A stretch of 64,000 bases of DNA from Candidatus Woesearchaeota archaeon (GTDB taxonomy: Archaea; Nanobdellota; Nanobdellia; Woesearchaeales; ARS49): contig JASMHM010000004.1 in NCBI GenBank assembly GCA_030750765.1, positions 3,013 to 67,012 of the forward strand, given 5' to 3'. Position numbers and translations under genes: made by a program. The notes beneath the pieces are model-generated. The model had not been told where the DNA came from. It did not search any database and saw nothing but the letters and a program-made list of their open reading frames with translations. Of this stretch, positions 26,109 through 36,001 are shown one piece after another. Positions within the stretch are counted from its first letter, which is position 1. Every line of letters begins with the position of its first letter.

Positions 26109-28064
26109 ATGAGGTGGTTGTTATTCTTGTTACTCGTGCCAGGCGTCTTTGCCATGGAGGCAGACTTGTTTACGAGAAGCCAGGCAAACATCGACATCAA
26201 CCTTACCGGATCGGTAAGCGTAGAGACCGAAGGCTACGGACGCCTAGACTTTTTGACCGTAGACTTGGCTTTCGTTCCTAAGAATGATGTAGGGCAGTTA
26301 GTGACTTCCTTAGTCCCCAACCGTCCAGCCCAGGTCTTCACGGACAAGATCCAGTACACGTGGGACAATCCGAAAGAGAAGGATTTTGAGTACGGTGCTG
26401 CAGCAAGCGTTCAAACTTCCAGCTTTGGCAAGGTCTACAGCCCTGTGCCTTTTCCTTTTGACATCCGTAAGGTGCCAGTAAAGTTCCGTCAATACCTCAA
26501 ACCTACGGATTTGGTGGACAGCAACCATCCTGCTGTCCAAGAGATCGCACGTGAGTTACGCGAGGGTGAGACAGAGATGTGGAGTTTGGTGAGCAAGAGC
26601 GCCATCTGGGTTAGGGACAACGTACAGTACAATCTTTCCACCCTAAACGTTCCTGCATCAAAATCTTCTTCATGGGTGCTCAGCACCAGAAGTGGGGTGT
26701 GCGCAGAACTCACCACGCTATTTGTGTCGTTAATGAGAAACATGGGCATCCCTGCACGCTTTGTGAGCGGAGTGGCCTACACCAACTCTGATCTCTTCCC
26801 CCTCAAATGGGGCGGTCACGCATGGGCCGAGGTATTCTTCCCTGACTATGGATGGATACCGTTTGACGTCACGTTTGGCGAGTTCGGCTGGATCAATCCA
26901 GGTCATGTAAAAACCTTAACGAGTTTGGATGCTAGCGATCCTAGTACAAGGTTTAAGTGGAGAGGGACAGGAGTCCAACTGCGTCTCAAACCCTTAACCA
27001 TACAAGCAAGCGTTCGCAGCCGCGGACCAAAGGATCCTCCGTTTGTGGATCTAAAAATGAGAGTTGCCAAGAACCAAGTAGGTCCGGGATCCTACAGTCT
27101 TTTAGTGATCGATATCGAAAACAAGCTCAACATCTACCAAACCATAGAGTTAAGCCTTGCTAAAGTGAAAGAACTACGACCCTTAGCAAAGAGCAAGTAC
27201 GCCATCCTTCCTCCTAGAGGCAAGAAAACCGTGTTCTGGGCAGTCCAAGTGTCTGAAGAGCTTCTGAAAGGCTTCCAATACGCCGTACCCTTGTACGTGT
27301 ACACCGCGCATAACGAAACAGTAACTACGACGCTATCTGCCTCAGAAGAAGGCTATGTGTACGGGTTTAATGACATTGCCAAAGAACAAGCCCTATTGAA
27401 AGAAGAGACAGACAAGAAGTTGAGCAGCGACGTGCAGTTCACCTGTATCCCCGAAAAGCCTTTCGTGTACAAGTATGAGACTACATCCGTCAAGTGCACC
27501 TTCATCAATCCCAACCCGCTAGAGGACATGAGCCTGTGCTTGCAACAGTGCGTGCCATGGAAAGGAACACTCATGAGTGTTCCCTTATACTTCACCAAAG
27601 CAGGTTTCCAAGAAATCACTGCCACGTTAAGGGGAGATACGGTGACGAGAAGTGCTCGCATCATGATGGAGATGTTAGACACGCCCGCCATCACCGTGCA
27701 AGACCTCTCACCACCTGCCGAAGTTAAGTTTTCTGAACAAGCAGACTTTGCCTTAACACTTCAAAAAGAAAGCTTTGCCAAGCCAGAAAATGTTAACGTG
27801 GTGCTAAGCTGGTCTGGACATTCCCAAGTGATCGAGATAGAAAAGTTGGGCGTTGATCAACCCTTACTGTTCACGATTCTTGGAGAAAGCTTGAACAGGA
27901 AAAGAACCCTGCTCAACCTAGGTATCACCTGGGAAGACAAGAACGGCAAGCAGTACGAACACAACGACAAATTCTTAGTCCATACTACAGATGTCAAATT
28001 CTACCAACACATCCTCCTTTTCTTCCGCGACTTCTTCAGAAGTGTGGGTGAAGTGTTTAGCTAA
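26109..28064 (+). CDS. secreted transglutaminase-like (Cys-His-Asp) domain protein
   Basis: Signal peptide; core GVCAELTTLF…GGHAWAEVF…DVT transglutaminase-like catalytic triad pattern; 651 aa. Confidence 0.75.
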   Translation: MRWLLFLLLVPGVFAMEADLFTRSQANIDINLTGSVSVETEGYGRLDFLTVDLAFVPKNDVGQLVTSLVPNRPAQVFTDKIQYTWDNPKEKDFEYGAAASVQTSSFGKVYSPVPFPFDIRKVPVKFRQYLKPTDLVDSNHPAVQEIARELREGETEMWSLVSKSAIWVRDNVQYNLSTLNVPASKSSSWVLSTRSGVCAELTTLFVSLMRNMGIPARFVSGVAYTNSDLFPLKWGGHAWAEVFFPDYGWIPFDVTFGEFGWINPGHVKTLTSLDASDPSTRFKWRGTGVQLRLKPLTIQASVRSRGPKDPPFVDLKMRVAKNQVGPGSYSLLVIDIENKLNIYQTIELSLAKVKELRPLAKSKYAILPPRGKKTVFWAVQVSEELLKGFQYAVPLYVYTAHNETVTTTLSASEEGYVYGFNDIAKEQALLKEETDKKLSSDVQFTCIPEKPFVYKYETTSVKCTFINPNPLEDMSLCLQQCVPWKGTLMSVPLYFTKAGFQEITATLRGDTVTRSARIMMEMLDTPAITVQDLSPPAEVKFSEQADFALTLQKESFAKPENVNVVLSWSGHSQVIEIEKLGVDQPLLFTILGESLNRKRTLLNLGITWEDKNGKQYEHNDKFLVHTTDVKFYQHILLFFRDFFRSVGEVFS

Positions 28065-28098
28065 CCAACTTTATAAGTGACGACTGACCCTTCCCTGC

Positions 28099-29424
28099 AT
28101 GGGACTATCTGTGGCCAAGTTTGGAGGCAGCTCACTGTCTACCGAACAAAAAGTTCGTTGGGCAGCAAAAGTTGTGGCGGCAGATGAAGACCGAAGAATA
28201 ACAGTGGTCAGCGCTGCAGGCACGAGCGAAGAACACCAAATAAAACTCACCGACGATTGTTACTCTCTAGCTGCTGAATCTGATACTGTACTAATGACCC
28301 AGAAGACGGGGGCGATTATTGAGCGGTACCAAGCAATCTACCCAGACCAGAAAATGGACAAGATAAAGAAAGATCTAGAGTCGCGTCTGGGTGTTAGCTT
28401 TCCTACTCGCGCCCTCAGAACAGAGGCGATCGCTGCATGGGGAGATGAGGCACAAGCAAAACTGTTTGCGGAATTAACCGGACGGACATATGTTGATCCT
28501 GCTAATTTTTTGAGGGTGGCCGAAGTACGTGGTCGCATCGTTGTACTTCCAAAGAGCTATGATATGATGCAGACGTATTTCCGTGAAGGCTAGTTTGTCG
28601 CGCCAGGATTTTCGGGTCGTACTGAAGATGGAATCATACGGACTCTCGGCAGAAGTGGCTCTGACCGTTCACAGATGGAAATCGGCGCAGGATTAAGCGC
28701 CGAGGTATGTGAAAATTTTACAGACCAACTGGGAGTGTTCACTGCAGATCCCAGAATAATTGAACAAGCCTCACTTATTCCAGTAATAACTTACGATGAG
28801 ATGAGAGACCTTGCCCTGGGAGCGGGTGTCATCCACGCCCAAGCCCTCCACCCTGTAAAAAAGAAAGGCATCCCTGTTCACGTTCGCAGCGCAAGCGAAA
28901 CCAACCGACAAGGAACTCTAATCGTGTATGATCGTCAGGTAGACCCTGAACGGCCTGTTGTAGGTGTGTCATACAAGTCTGGTTATTGTTCGGTGGACGT
29001 CTCCCAAGATGGCATGAACGATGCTGTTGGTGTGTTTGCAGACGTGGCAGGTGTTTTCAAACAGCAAGGAATCTCTATCGAGTTTCCTCCAGCGGGCATT
29101 GATGACTTTTCAATGGTGTTCCATCAGGACCAACGGAAAGGGCCTGAAGCAGTAAATGATCTGTATCGTGCCCTTGCCCGAGATGGATTACTAGAAATGG
29201 ACGACATCGCATTTCAAGAAAACCTCGCCTGTGTGGTGGTGGCAGGTAAAGGACTCAAAGGTAGACAAGGAACTCTTGCTGAGATCATGGGAAAGTTGCG
29301 TGACGAGCAAATCAACGTGCGTTTTGTCTCCCAAGGACCTAAAGAACGATGCATCGTGGTAGGCACGAACGCAGACAAAGGCGTCCAGGCCTTCAAAGCA
29401 CTCCACGCACTCTACCTCGAGTAA
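28099..29424 (+). pseudogene. lysC: aspartate kinase (amino-acid kinase domain + ACT domain) interrupted by an in-frame TAG at 28591-28593; pseudogene, readthrough or sequencing error
   Basis: N-terminal VAKFGGSS. Immediately after the TAG the same frame continues …GFSGRTEDGIIRTLGRSGSD… (aspartokinase signature), then VFTADPR and a C-terminal ACT domain. The two ORF-track pieces (28099-28593, 28675-29424) are in the same frame. Confidence 0.6.
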
Positions 29425-29461
29425 AGGTATCTTTATAAACTTAGTACGCCAAGCTGGCTAC

Positions 29462-31252
29462 ATGAAAGTCGTTCCCGACACTAGCGCATTGATCGAATGC
29501 TACCTCAGTAGGGAGGCGGTCAAGCTAAAGGTGAAAGAGATACTCATACCTGAAGCAGCCCTAGCAGAATTAGAACACCAGGCCAACAATGGAAGAAGTA
29601 CGGGATATGTTGGTGTTGAGGAAGTAAAAAGAATTTATGATATTGCACAGAAAAAAGGCATAGCAATCAAGTATGGCGGAAGAAGACCATCTTCCTTTGA
29701 CATCGACCGAGCAAAAAGTGGGGAAATCGACGCAGCAATACGACAATTAGCGTATGATGAAGACGCAACCCTAGTGACTGGAGATGTAGTACAAGCAAAA
29801 GTGGCAGAAGCCAAAGGCATCAGCGTCATCTTTGTCACCAAAGAAGACAGGTCCAAGAAGTTGTTGTTAGATGAGTACTTCGACAAGGACACCCTGAGCG
29901 TTCACCTACGAGAAATGGTACCGCCAAAAGCTAAGAAAGGAACGCCAGGCAACGTAGACATGGTAGACATCAAGAAAAAACCTTTAACTCATACAGAAGT
30001 CAAAGACGTAGCAAAAGAGCTCATCGAAGAAGCGAGAACCCGACACGGTGCTTTCGTAGAAATAGAAAGGCCAGGCAGCACCATCATAAGTTTAGCAGGT
30101 TATAGAATTGTAGTGTTGAAGCCTCCCTTCTGCGACGGATGGGAAGTCACCGCCGTAAGACCCGTACGCCACCTCTCCTTTGAAGACTACAAACTATCAG
30201 ACAAATTACGAGGAAGAATAGCAGAACAAGCAGAAGGCATCCTTATTGCAGGCGCACCCGGAGAAGGAAAAAGTACCTTTGCCCAAGGGCTAGTAGAAGA
30301 GTACGCCAAACAAAACAAAGTGGTGAAAACAGTAGAAGCGCCAAGAGATTTAGTTTTACCAGACACAATCACACAGATGGCAGCTTCTTTGGGAAGCCCA
30401 GAAGAGTTACACGACATACTACTCCTATCCAGACCAGACTACTCGCTCTTTGACGAGATGAGGAATCCTGCAGACTTCGGATTGTATGCAGACTTACGTC
30501 TAGCAGGAGTAGGAATGATAGGGGTGGTGCACGGCACCAATCCCTTAGATGCCATCCAACGGTTTATCGGAAAGATAGAATTAGGAGTGATACCGCACAT
30601 CATTGACACTGTCGTGTTCATCAAAGGCGGGCAAGTGGCAAAAGCACTCAGCGTCAGCATGCAAGTCAAAGTTCCTTCAGGCATGACAGAAGCAGATCTA
30701 GCACGACCTGTAGTTGTTATAGAAGATCATGAAACAGGGGCGGCGCAAGCAGAAATCTACAAATACGGTGAAGAAACAGTAGTGGTGCCGGTAAGCGCAG
30801 CAGCACAAGGCTCACCCATGGAAGAACTAGCAGCCAACCAAATCCAACAACAACTCCAAAAATATCACGACAACATACGTGTGGAAGTAAGCAATAACAG
30901 AGCAACCGTCTACGCACCATCAGGAATAGTGGGAGACATCATTGGCAGAGAAGGGAAAAACGTACAAAAACTGGAGAAACAAATAGGGATGCGGTTGGAC
31001 ATACGCGAAACCGAACCCACACACGGAGACGCATTATCATACCGACACACTATCGGGCATAAAAACATAGAATTCTTCCTCCAAGGACACCAAGGAAGAA
31101 GAGTAAACATACAAGTAGATGGAGAGTTCGTCGCAGCAGTCGCCATCTCCAGCAAAGGCATCGTACGCATCAAGAAAAACAATGTTTTGGGCAGAACCAT
31201 CATGGACGCACTCAAACACCACGTGGAGATAAGCTTTAACGAAAATGATTAG
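29462..31252 (+). CDS. PIN-domain / PilT-PhoH-like ATPase / KH-domain protein (COG1855-type)
   Basis: N-terminal PIN-like fold, Walker A GAPGEGKST, C-terminal KH (GIVGDIIGREGKNVQKLE). Confidence 0.8.
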   Translation: MKVVPDTSALIECYLSREAVKLKVKEILIPEAALAELEHQANNGRSTGYVGVEEVKRIYDIAQKKGIAIKYGGRRPSSFDIDRAKSGEIDAAIRQLAYDEDATLVTGDVVQAKVAEAKGISVIFVTKEDRSKKLLLDEYFDKDTLSVHLREMVPPKAKKGTPGNVDMVDIKKKPLTHTEVKDVAKELIEEARTRHGAFVEIERPGSTIISLAGYRIVVLKPPFCDGWEVTAVRPVRHLSFEDYKLSDKLRGRIAEQAEGILIAGAPGEGKSTFAQGLVEEYAKQNKVVKTVEAPRDLVLPDTITQMAASLGSPEELHDILLLSRPDYSLFDEMRNPADFGLYADLRLAGVGMIGVVHGTNPLDAIQRFIGKIELGVIPHIIDTVVFIKGGQVAKALSVSMQVKVPSGMTEADLARPVVVIEDHETGAAQAEIYKYGEETVVVPVSAAAQGSPMEELAANQIQQQLQKYHDNIRVEVSNNRATVYAPSGIVGDIIGREGKNVQKLEKQIGMRLDIRETEPTHGDALSYRHTIGHKNIEFFLQGHQGRRVNIQVDGEFVAAVAISSKGIVRIKKNNVLGRTIMDALKHHVEISFNEND

Positions 31253-32504
31253 CATGCAAGACTTGAGAGAGAACCCTGCAGCCTACAAAGCAGACTGCGA
31301 AAAACGCCACAAGCCACAACTAGCCGCATTAGTAGATGAAGTTCTAAAGTTAGATGAAAACTGGAAGGAACACAAGAAAAAAACCGATGACTTACGAGCA
31401 GAACGAAACAAAATAAGCAAAGACATCAACACACAAAAGAAAGCAGGAGGAGATGTTGAGGCGTTGTTACAAAAAGCCAAAGACATACCTGCCCAAATAC
31501 AACAGATAGAACAAGTACAGAACGATTTACACGAAAAAATCAACGTCATACTAAGGAAACTACCCAACCTCATGCACGAAAGCGTGCCAGAAGGAAAAAC
31601 AGAAGCAGACAATCCTGAAATAAGAAAGTGGGGCAAGCCCAAAAAAGGAAAAGGAGAGAACCACGGCGAGTGGGCAGAGGCACACGGCCTGGCAGACTTC
31701 GACACGGCCGCAAAAGTTTCTGGCGCAGGCTTCAACTACCTCAAAGAAGAACTCGCACTACTAGACATAAGCCTACAACGGTACGCCATAGACTTCATGC
31801 GCAAACAAGACTTCAAATTAATGGAAGTACCCATGATGTTAAGACAAGATGCCTATGCCGCCACCACCCCTATGGAAGACTTTGAAGACGTCATGTACTC
31901 TGTAGGCAAAGAGCACTATCTCATTGCTACCGCAGAGCATCCCTTAATGGCACAATTCTGGAATAAGACCGTAAGCGGCAATGAGTTACCACTAAAAATT
32001 GTGGGCGTGAGCCCCGCATGGCGAAAAGAGATAGGTAGTAGGGGTGTAGACACTAAAGGTCTGTTCAGAATGCACCAGTTCAACAAAGTAGAACAAATAG
32101 TCGTGTGCAAACCCGACGAAAGCTATGACTGGTTTGAAAAAATGCAAGGCTACACCGAAGAGATGGTCAAAGAATTAGGCATACCCTATCGCGTTATCGA
32201 AATCTGCAGCGGAGATCTAAGCATCAAGAACGCAAAACAGTACGACATCGAAGCATGGTTCCCCCGCCAGGACAAGTATGCAGAGATAACCTCTGCAAGT
32301 AATTGTACGACCTGGCAAGCACAACGACTAAACTTCAAAGCAAGCATGAACAACCAAAAAATAACTCCCCACACATTGAACAATACGGCATTAGCCACCT
32401 CAAGAATCATGGTCGCCATCCTAGAAAACTTCCAAAACAAAGACGGCAAGGTCGACATCCCCAAATGCCTCCACAAGTACACTGGTTTTAAGCAGATGGG
32501 GTAA
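31245..32504 (+). CDS. serS: seryl-tRNA synthetase
   Basis: Coiled-coil N-domain and class II core (FRMHQFNKVEQ, SASNCTTWQAQRL). 8-nt overlap with the upstream gene. Confidence 0.9.
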   Translation: MISMQDLRENPAAYKADCEKRHKPQLAALVDEVLKLDENWKEHKKKTDDLRAERNKISKDINTQKKAGGDVEALLQKAKDIPAQIQQIEQVQNDLHEKINVILRKLPNLMHESVPEGKTEADNPEIRKWGKPKKGKGENHGEWAEAHGLADFDTAAKVSGAGFNYLKEELALLDISLQRYAIDFMRKQDFKLMEVPMMLRQDAYAATTPMEDFEDVMYSVGKEHYLIATAEHPLMAQFWNKTVSGNELPLKIVGVSPAWRKEIGSRGVDTKGLFRMHQFNKVEQIVVCKPDESYDWFEKMQGYTEEMVKELGIPYRVIEICSGDLSIKNAKQYDIEAWFPRQDKYAEITSASNCTTWQAQRLNFKASMNNQKITPHTLNNTALATSRIMVAILENFQNKDGKVDIPKCLHKYTGFKQMG

Positions 32505-32535
32505 TGTTTTTAAGTCGGGCAATCCTACCGATCTC

Positions 32536-33561
32536 ATGCCTGATGCCACGGCTACCTTACTAAAGGCCGACCCAACTTTGGACATTTCTCACCTAACAGA
32601 CTCAGAACAAGAACAGGCAATTCTCGCAGCTGCGAACGATTTAGCTGGGAATCACTCTGATGAGGCAAAACTAGCAGCCATAAGTCTCTACGGAAGAGCC
32701 GGTGCAACAGACACGCTGGCAGAATTTGGAACATCACTATTTCAAGAAGGGTCTGTGGACATTGGAATGCAAGCGTTCAGGCGTGCCGACCAGGTCGTGC
32801 CTGTTGACTGTTACGCGGCCGCAGCAAAGCTCAACGAAGAAACATTCCGAACAGTCCTGAATAGAAATCAATACATTCCCGCGGACAACTTCCGAAACGC
32901 GTTGTCGCTCTACGAGTCTGCCCGTGACCTCGAGGCTATCAAACAGATGGTACTCGTTGCCGCTAGAGCCACTCCCCGGGACTCAAAATTCTTTTCGTTC
33001 GACCTATTCGAGGTCCTCAGAGAAATAGAATCTCCTGATGTGTATCTGATGGCAGGCGATGCACTGGCCGAGGATAACGATGTCGAAGGATCTGAATCCC
33101 TATACATGGAGGCCTTTATTCGAGATCAACCTGAAGCGCGATCGCGACTAGCAGATCTTGCCACCACACACTGGAGAAACGACCGACCCTTCCGAGCGCT
33201 CTACTTACATGATCGGTTGAATAACCGGCCCTCAGACGCCTTCATTCGCACTCAGGCAGACGGATACTTTGAAAAAGGGCTGTTAGATCAAGGAGTGGGG
33301 GTGTATGATGCTCTTAATGAGCCTGTACCTGATGAGAATTACGCTAAGGCTGCCAAGGCACTTGTTGAGAAATGGGGGTCCCATCCTTCCAGGCGCTATC
33401 GCCTGCCAGGCCTACTCGTGACCGCTGCCCGTTGCTACGACATTGCAGGGGATGAAACCATGGCAAAGCTCACCAGGGTTGTCCTGCGTTCCAACAGACC
33501 AGGAAGACTACAGCGAATGGCTGATGGCGTGAGAGCACTCAATGCCAAGCGTAAATACTAG
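32536..33561 (+). CDS. hypothetical Asp/Ala-rich protein
   Basis: 341-aa ORF, no recognised motif. Confidence 0.55.
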   Translation: MPDATATLLKADPTLDISHLTDSEQEQAILAAANDLAGNHSDEAKLAAISLYGRAGATDTLAEFGTSLFQEGSVDIGMQAFRRADQVVPVDCYAAAAKLNEETFRTVLNRNQYIPADNFRNALSLYESARDLEAIKQMVLVAARATPRDSKFFSFDLFEVLREIESPDVYLMAGDALAEDNDVEGSESLYMEAFIRDQPEARSRLADLATTHWRNDRPFRALYLHDRLNNRPSDAFIRTQADGYFEKGLLDQGVGVYDALNEPVPDENYAKAAKALVEKWGSHPSRRYRLPGLLVTAARCYDIAGDETMAKLTRVVLRSNRPGRLQRMADGVRALNAKRKY

Positions 33562-33822
33562 CTACCACTTCTCTTGTTGCAACATCGCACCGATAATGGC
33601 ATAGCCTGCCAGATCTTTCCAACTGTCCTCGACGCTTTCGTCAACGCTTGCCTCTACCTTGTCAAAAAGCAACGTACGCAGGCGTTCTACCTTGTCGCTT
33701 GATCGAATGACGACGCCCATGCTGCCAAACTTGCGAATGTTGGCCTCTCCATATCGCTTATTCTTCTCTATCAACAACTCCCGAATGGATGAGAGTGTTT
33801 CGTCTAAGATGGCAATGTCCAT
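33562..33822 (-). CDS. small all-alpha protein, DUF1599-like (phage-associated nucleotide-modification-linked family)
   Basis: …EKNKRYGEANIRKFGSMGVVIRSSDKVERLRTL…WKDLAGYAIIGAML resembles my recollection of the DUF1599 consensus. Divergent from orc1/cdc6. Confidence 0.4.
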   Translation of the reverse strand: MDIAILDETLSSIRELLIEKNKRYGEANIRKFGSMGVVIRSSDKVERLRTLLFDKVEASVDESVEDSWKDLAGYAIIGAMLQQEKW

Positions 33823-33904
33823 AATCTTACCATGTTATACTTCCTTATAACCATATCGATGCGCCACAATAACCTTTTAATACGCAGACCCCCTAGCAAA
33901 GCCC

Positions 33905-34969
33905 ATGCTCTTCGATGACATGCTCAAAGCGGACGAAAGCTTGTTCAAAAACGAACACGCCCTAGACCCTGAATGGGTTCCCAAACTTCTTCCCTTCAGA
34001 GACCACCATCAAAGAGCCATAGCAGACTGCATCAAGCCAGTTCTCCTCGGAAGGAACGGAAGGAACGCCTTTGTTTCTGGAGCTCCAGGCATTGGCAAGA
34101 CCGCAGCAGCCAGATGGGTGCTAAGAGACCTAGAAGAGTCTGACCACGGAGAAAAAGTAGAACTATTCTACCTAAACTGCTGGCAAAAGAATACTACGTT
34201 TAAAGTATACGTAGAAATGTGCGCACAGTTCGGCTACGCATTCACCCAGAACAAAAAATCAGAAGAATTGTTCGACATCATCAAAGAAAAATGCAACAAA
34301 CGCGGTGCAGTATTCATCTTCGACGAGGTAGACAAGGCAGAAGACACAGACTTCATCTACTCCTTACTTAATGACATCTTCAACAAGAGTTTAGTCCTCA
34401 TAACAAACGAGCCAGACTGGATCAACACCATGGAAGACCGAGTCAAAAGTAGGTTGTTGCCAGAAACCATCTCCTTCAAGGCCTACACTCCTGAAGAAAC
34501 CAAACAAATACTCAAACAAAGACTAGAATTTGCCTTTGTGCCAGACGCTGTAACGCCCGAAAGCTTTGACATCTGCTGCACAGCAGCAGGAAAAGTCTCA
34601 GACGTCCGAGTAGGCCTACACTTACTACGCCAATCCGGATTGATAGCAGAAGATGAAAGCTCCAAGAAAGTCCTCCCCACCCATGTAGAGAAGGCCATAC
34701 TCAAACTGCCTGCCTTTAGCCCCAAAAAACCAGAAGCCCTAGAAGAGGATCAAAAACTAGTTCTCGAAGTGATCAAAGCAAAAGAACACGGCAAGATCGG
34801 AGATCTTTTTGATGCCTACAAAGCCAAAGGAGGCGAGGGACAGTACAAAACCTTCCAAAGAAGAATAGACTCTTTATCAAGGTCAGGCTACATTTCTGTA
34901 GAAAAAGTCACCAACCGTGAAGGCAACACCACTATGATCCGTGCAACCAAGAAGTTGACGGATTACTGA
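33905..34969 (+). CDS. cdc6: Orc1/Cdc6 replication initiator
   Basis: AAA+ Walker A GAPGIGKT, Walker B IFDEVD, C-terminal winged helix; 354 aa. Confidence 0.9.
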   Translation: MLFDDMLKADESLFKNEHALDPEWVPKLLPFRDHHQRAIADCIKPVLLGRNGRNAFVSGAPGIGKTAAARWVLRDLEESDHGEKVELFYLNCWQKNTTFKVYVEMCAQFGYAFTQNKKSEELFDIIKEKCNKRGAVFIFDEVDKAEDTDFIYSLLNDIFNKSLVLITNEPDWINTMEDRVKSRLLPETISFKAYTPEETKQILKQRLEFAFVPDAVTPESFDICCTAAGKVSDVRVGLHLLRQSGLIAEDESSKKVLPTHVEKAILKLPAFSPKKPEALEEDQKLVLEVIKAKEHGKIGDLFDAYKAKGGEGQYKTFQRRIDSLSRSGYISVEKVTNREGNTTMIRATKKLTDY

Positions 34970-35008
34970 TTTCTCGACGAGAAAACGTCGTACGTACTTT
35001 CTAATATA

Positions 35009-35027
35009 AGCCACTGGACACTGGACA
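35009..35027. repeat. GCCACTGGACACTGGACAT: ORB-like element about 40 bp downstream of orc1/cdc6; exact inverted copy at 57871-57889
   Basis: 19-bp exact inverted match within the window. The reverse complement contains TCCAGTGG, the core of archaeal origin recognition boxes. Confidence 0.4.
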
Positions 35028-35179
35028 TGGCCGCGTGACGCATATAAGGATGATAGTTCTCATGGTGTATGAGGTGATTAAAAAATGAGTTTCGTACAAC
35101 CGAACCACGACATTGAACCAGCATCATTTGAGGCACGATTTATGGCCCAAATGTTGCGAGTAACCAGGGAGGTGCAAGA

Positions 35180-35296
35180 ATGAACGACATCTATGACAGA
35201 TACGACATGGCCATGGAAGACGACGAGGACTCGCCTGAGAACGCTGCTGAACAAGCGTTTATGGTGGGTTGGCTCGCTGCAGACCCCTTTGATTAA
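35180..35296 (+). CDS. candidate 38-aa acidic peptide
   Basis: GGAGGTG Shine-Dalgarno-like element 6 bp upstream. Stop overlaps the next ATG (TAATG). Confidence 0.3.
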   Translation: MNDIYDRYDMAMEDDEDSPENAAEQAFMVGWLAADPFD

Positions 35297-35700
35297 TGTT
35301 TGTTTTTGAATTGGAGGAGCTGGAGCAGCTTTCCGAGACACAGGAGGACCAGTTCTGGTGGTATGAACTGGACTCCCCTGTGGAGCTCGAAACAAGGCAC
35401 ATTCGCATCCAGACCCCTCCTAACATTTTAGTCTTCAAAGGTCCTTACAAACGCTCCTCAGTCCAACAACTGGTCTTCTCCGGCGGTAATGAGCGACAAC
35501 GCAACCAGTTTGTCTGCTCAATTATCCAGCGAGAACACGTTGAAAATGGTATGGTGGTTCTTGAAAAGGTTCCCTTTCTCTCTCTAGAAGACACGCTCAA
35601 GGTCTACAGAAGAATTGTTGGCAAGTCTTATGAAACGGTGAGAACGTCTGATCTAGATGTTATCGATGATGGCTATCCCTGGCCAGATACACGGTCGTAG
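35296..35700 (+). CDS. hypothetical protein (134 aa)
   Basis: ORF translationally coupled to the upstream mini-ORF. Confidence 0.5.
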   Translation: MFVFELEELEQLSETQEDQFWWYELDSPVELETRHIRIQTPPNILVFKGPYKRSSVQQLVFSGGNERQRNQFVCSIIQREHVENGMVVLEKVPFLSLEDTLKVYRRIVGKSYETVRTSDLDVIDDGYPWPDTRS

Positions 35701-35782
35701 AAAGGTTTAAATATCTATTACGTAAAAAGATATCTGAAGGTGGAAAAAAATATTCGACGAGGAGTTGTATTGGAACGGCAAG

Positions 35783-36001
35783 ATGCTTGTATTTACTTGG
35801 CACTTCAAGAAAGAATACGAGGCACTAGGCAAACCCTTAGAGTTTGTGTTAGAAATACTACAACATGGCAAACATCACCTTGTGTCCAAGAGACAGAACA
35901 AGTACAACGTGCTCTTTTCTTACCAAACTCGACATCTTTGTCTATCCTACGTGGAGCACGAGCAAATCATCCTTATCCACCTAAAACCAATTAGAAAATG
36001 A
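35783..36001 (+). CDS. small RelE/ParE- or HigB-like putative toxin (72 aa)
   Basis: MLVFTWHFKKEYEAL…YQTRHLCLSYVEHEQIILIHLKP loosely fits the RelE/ParE fold pattern. AGGTTTAAATATC box upstream. Stop overlaps the next gene's ATG (ATGA). Confidence 0.4.
   Translation: MLVFTWHFKKEYEALGKPLEFVLEILQHGKHHLVSKRQNKYNVLFSYQTRHLCLSYVEHEQIILIHLKPIRK

Noticed and set aside
34970-35300. Canonical origin structure (inverted ORB pair flanking an AT-rich DUE) downstream of orc1/cdc6
   Set aside because: Only one ORB-like element and a short hairpin (TTTCTCG-A-CGAGAAA) are visible, with no clearly AT-rich unwinding element, so the origin call stays tentative.
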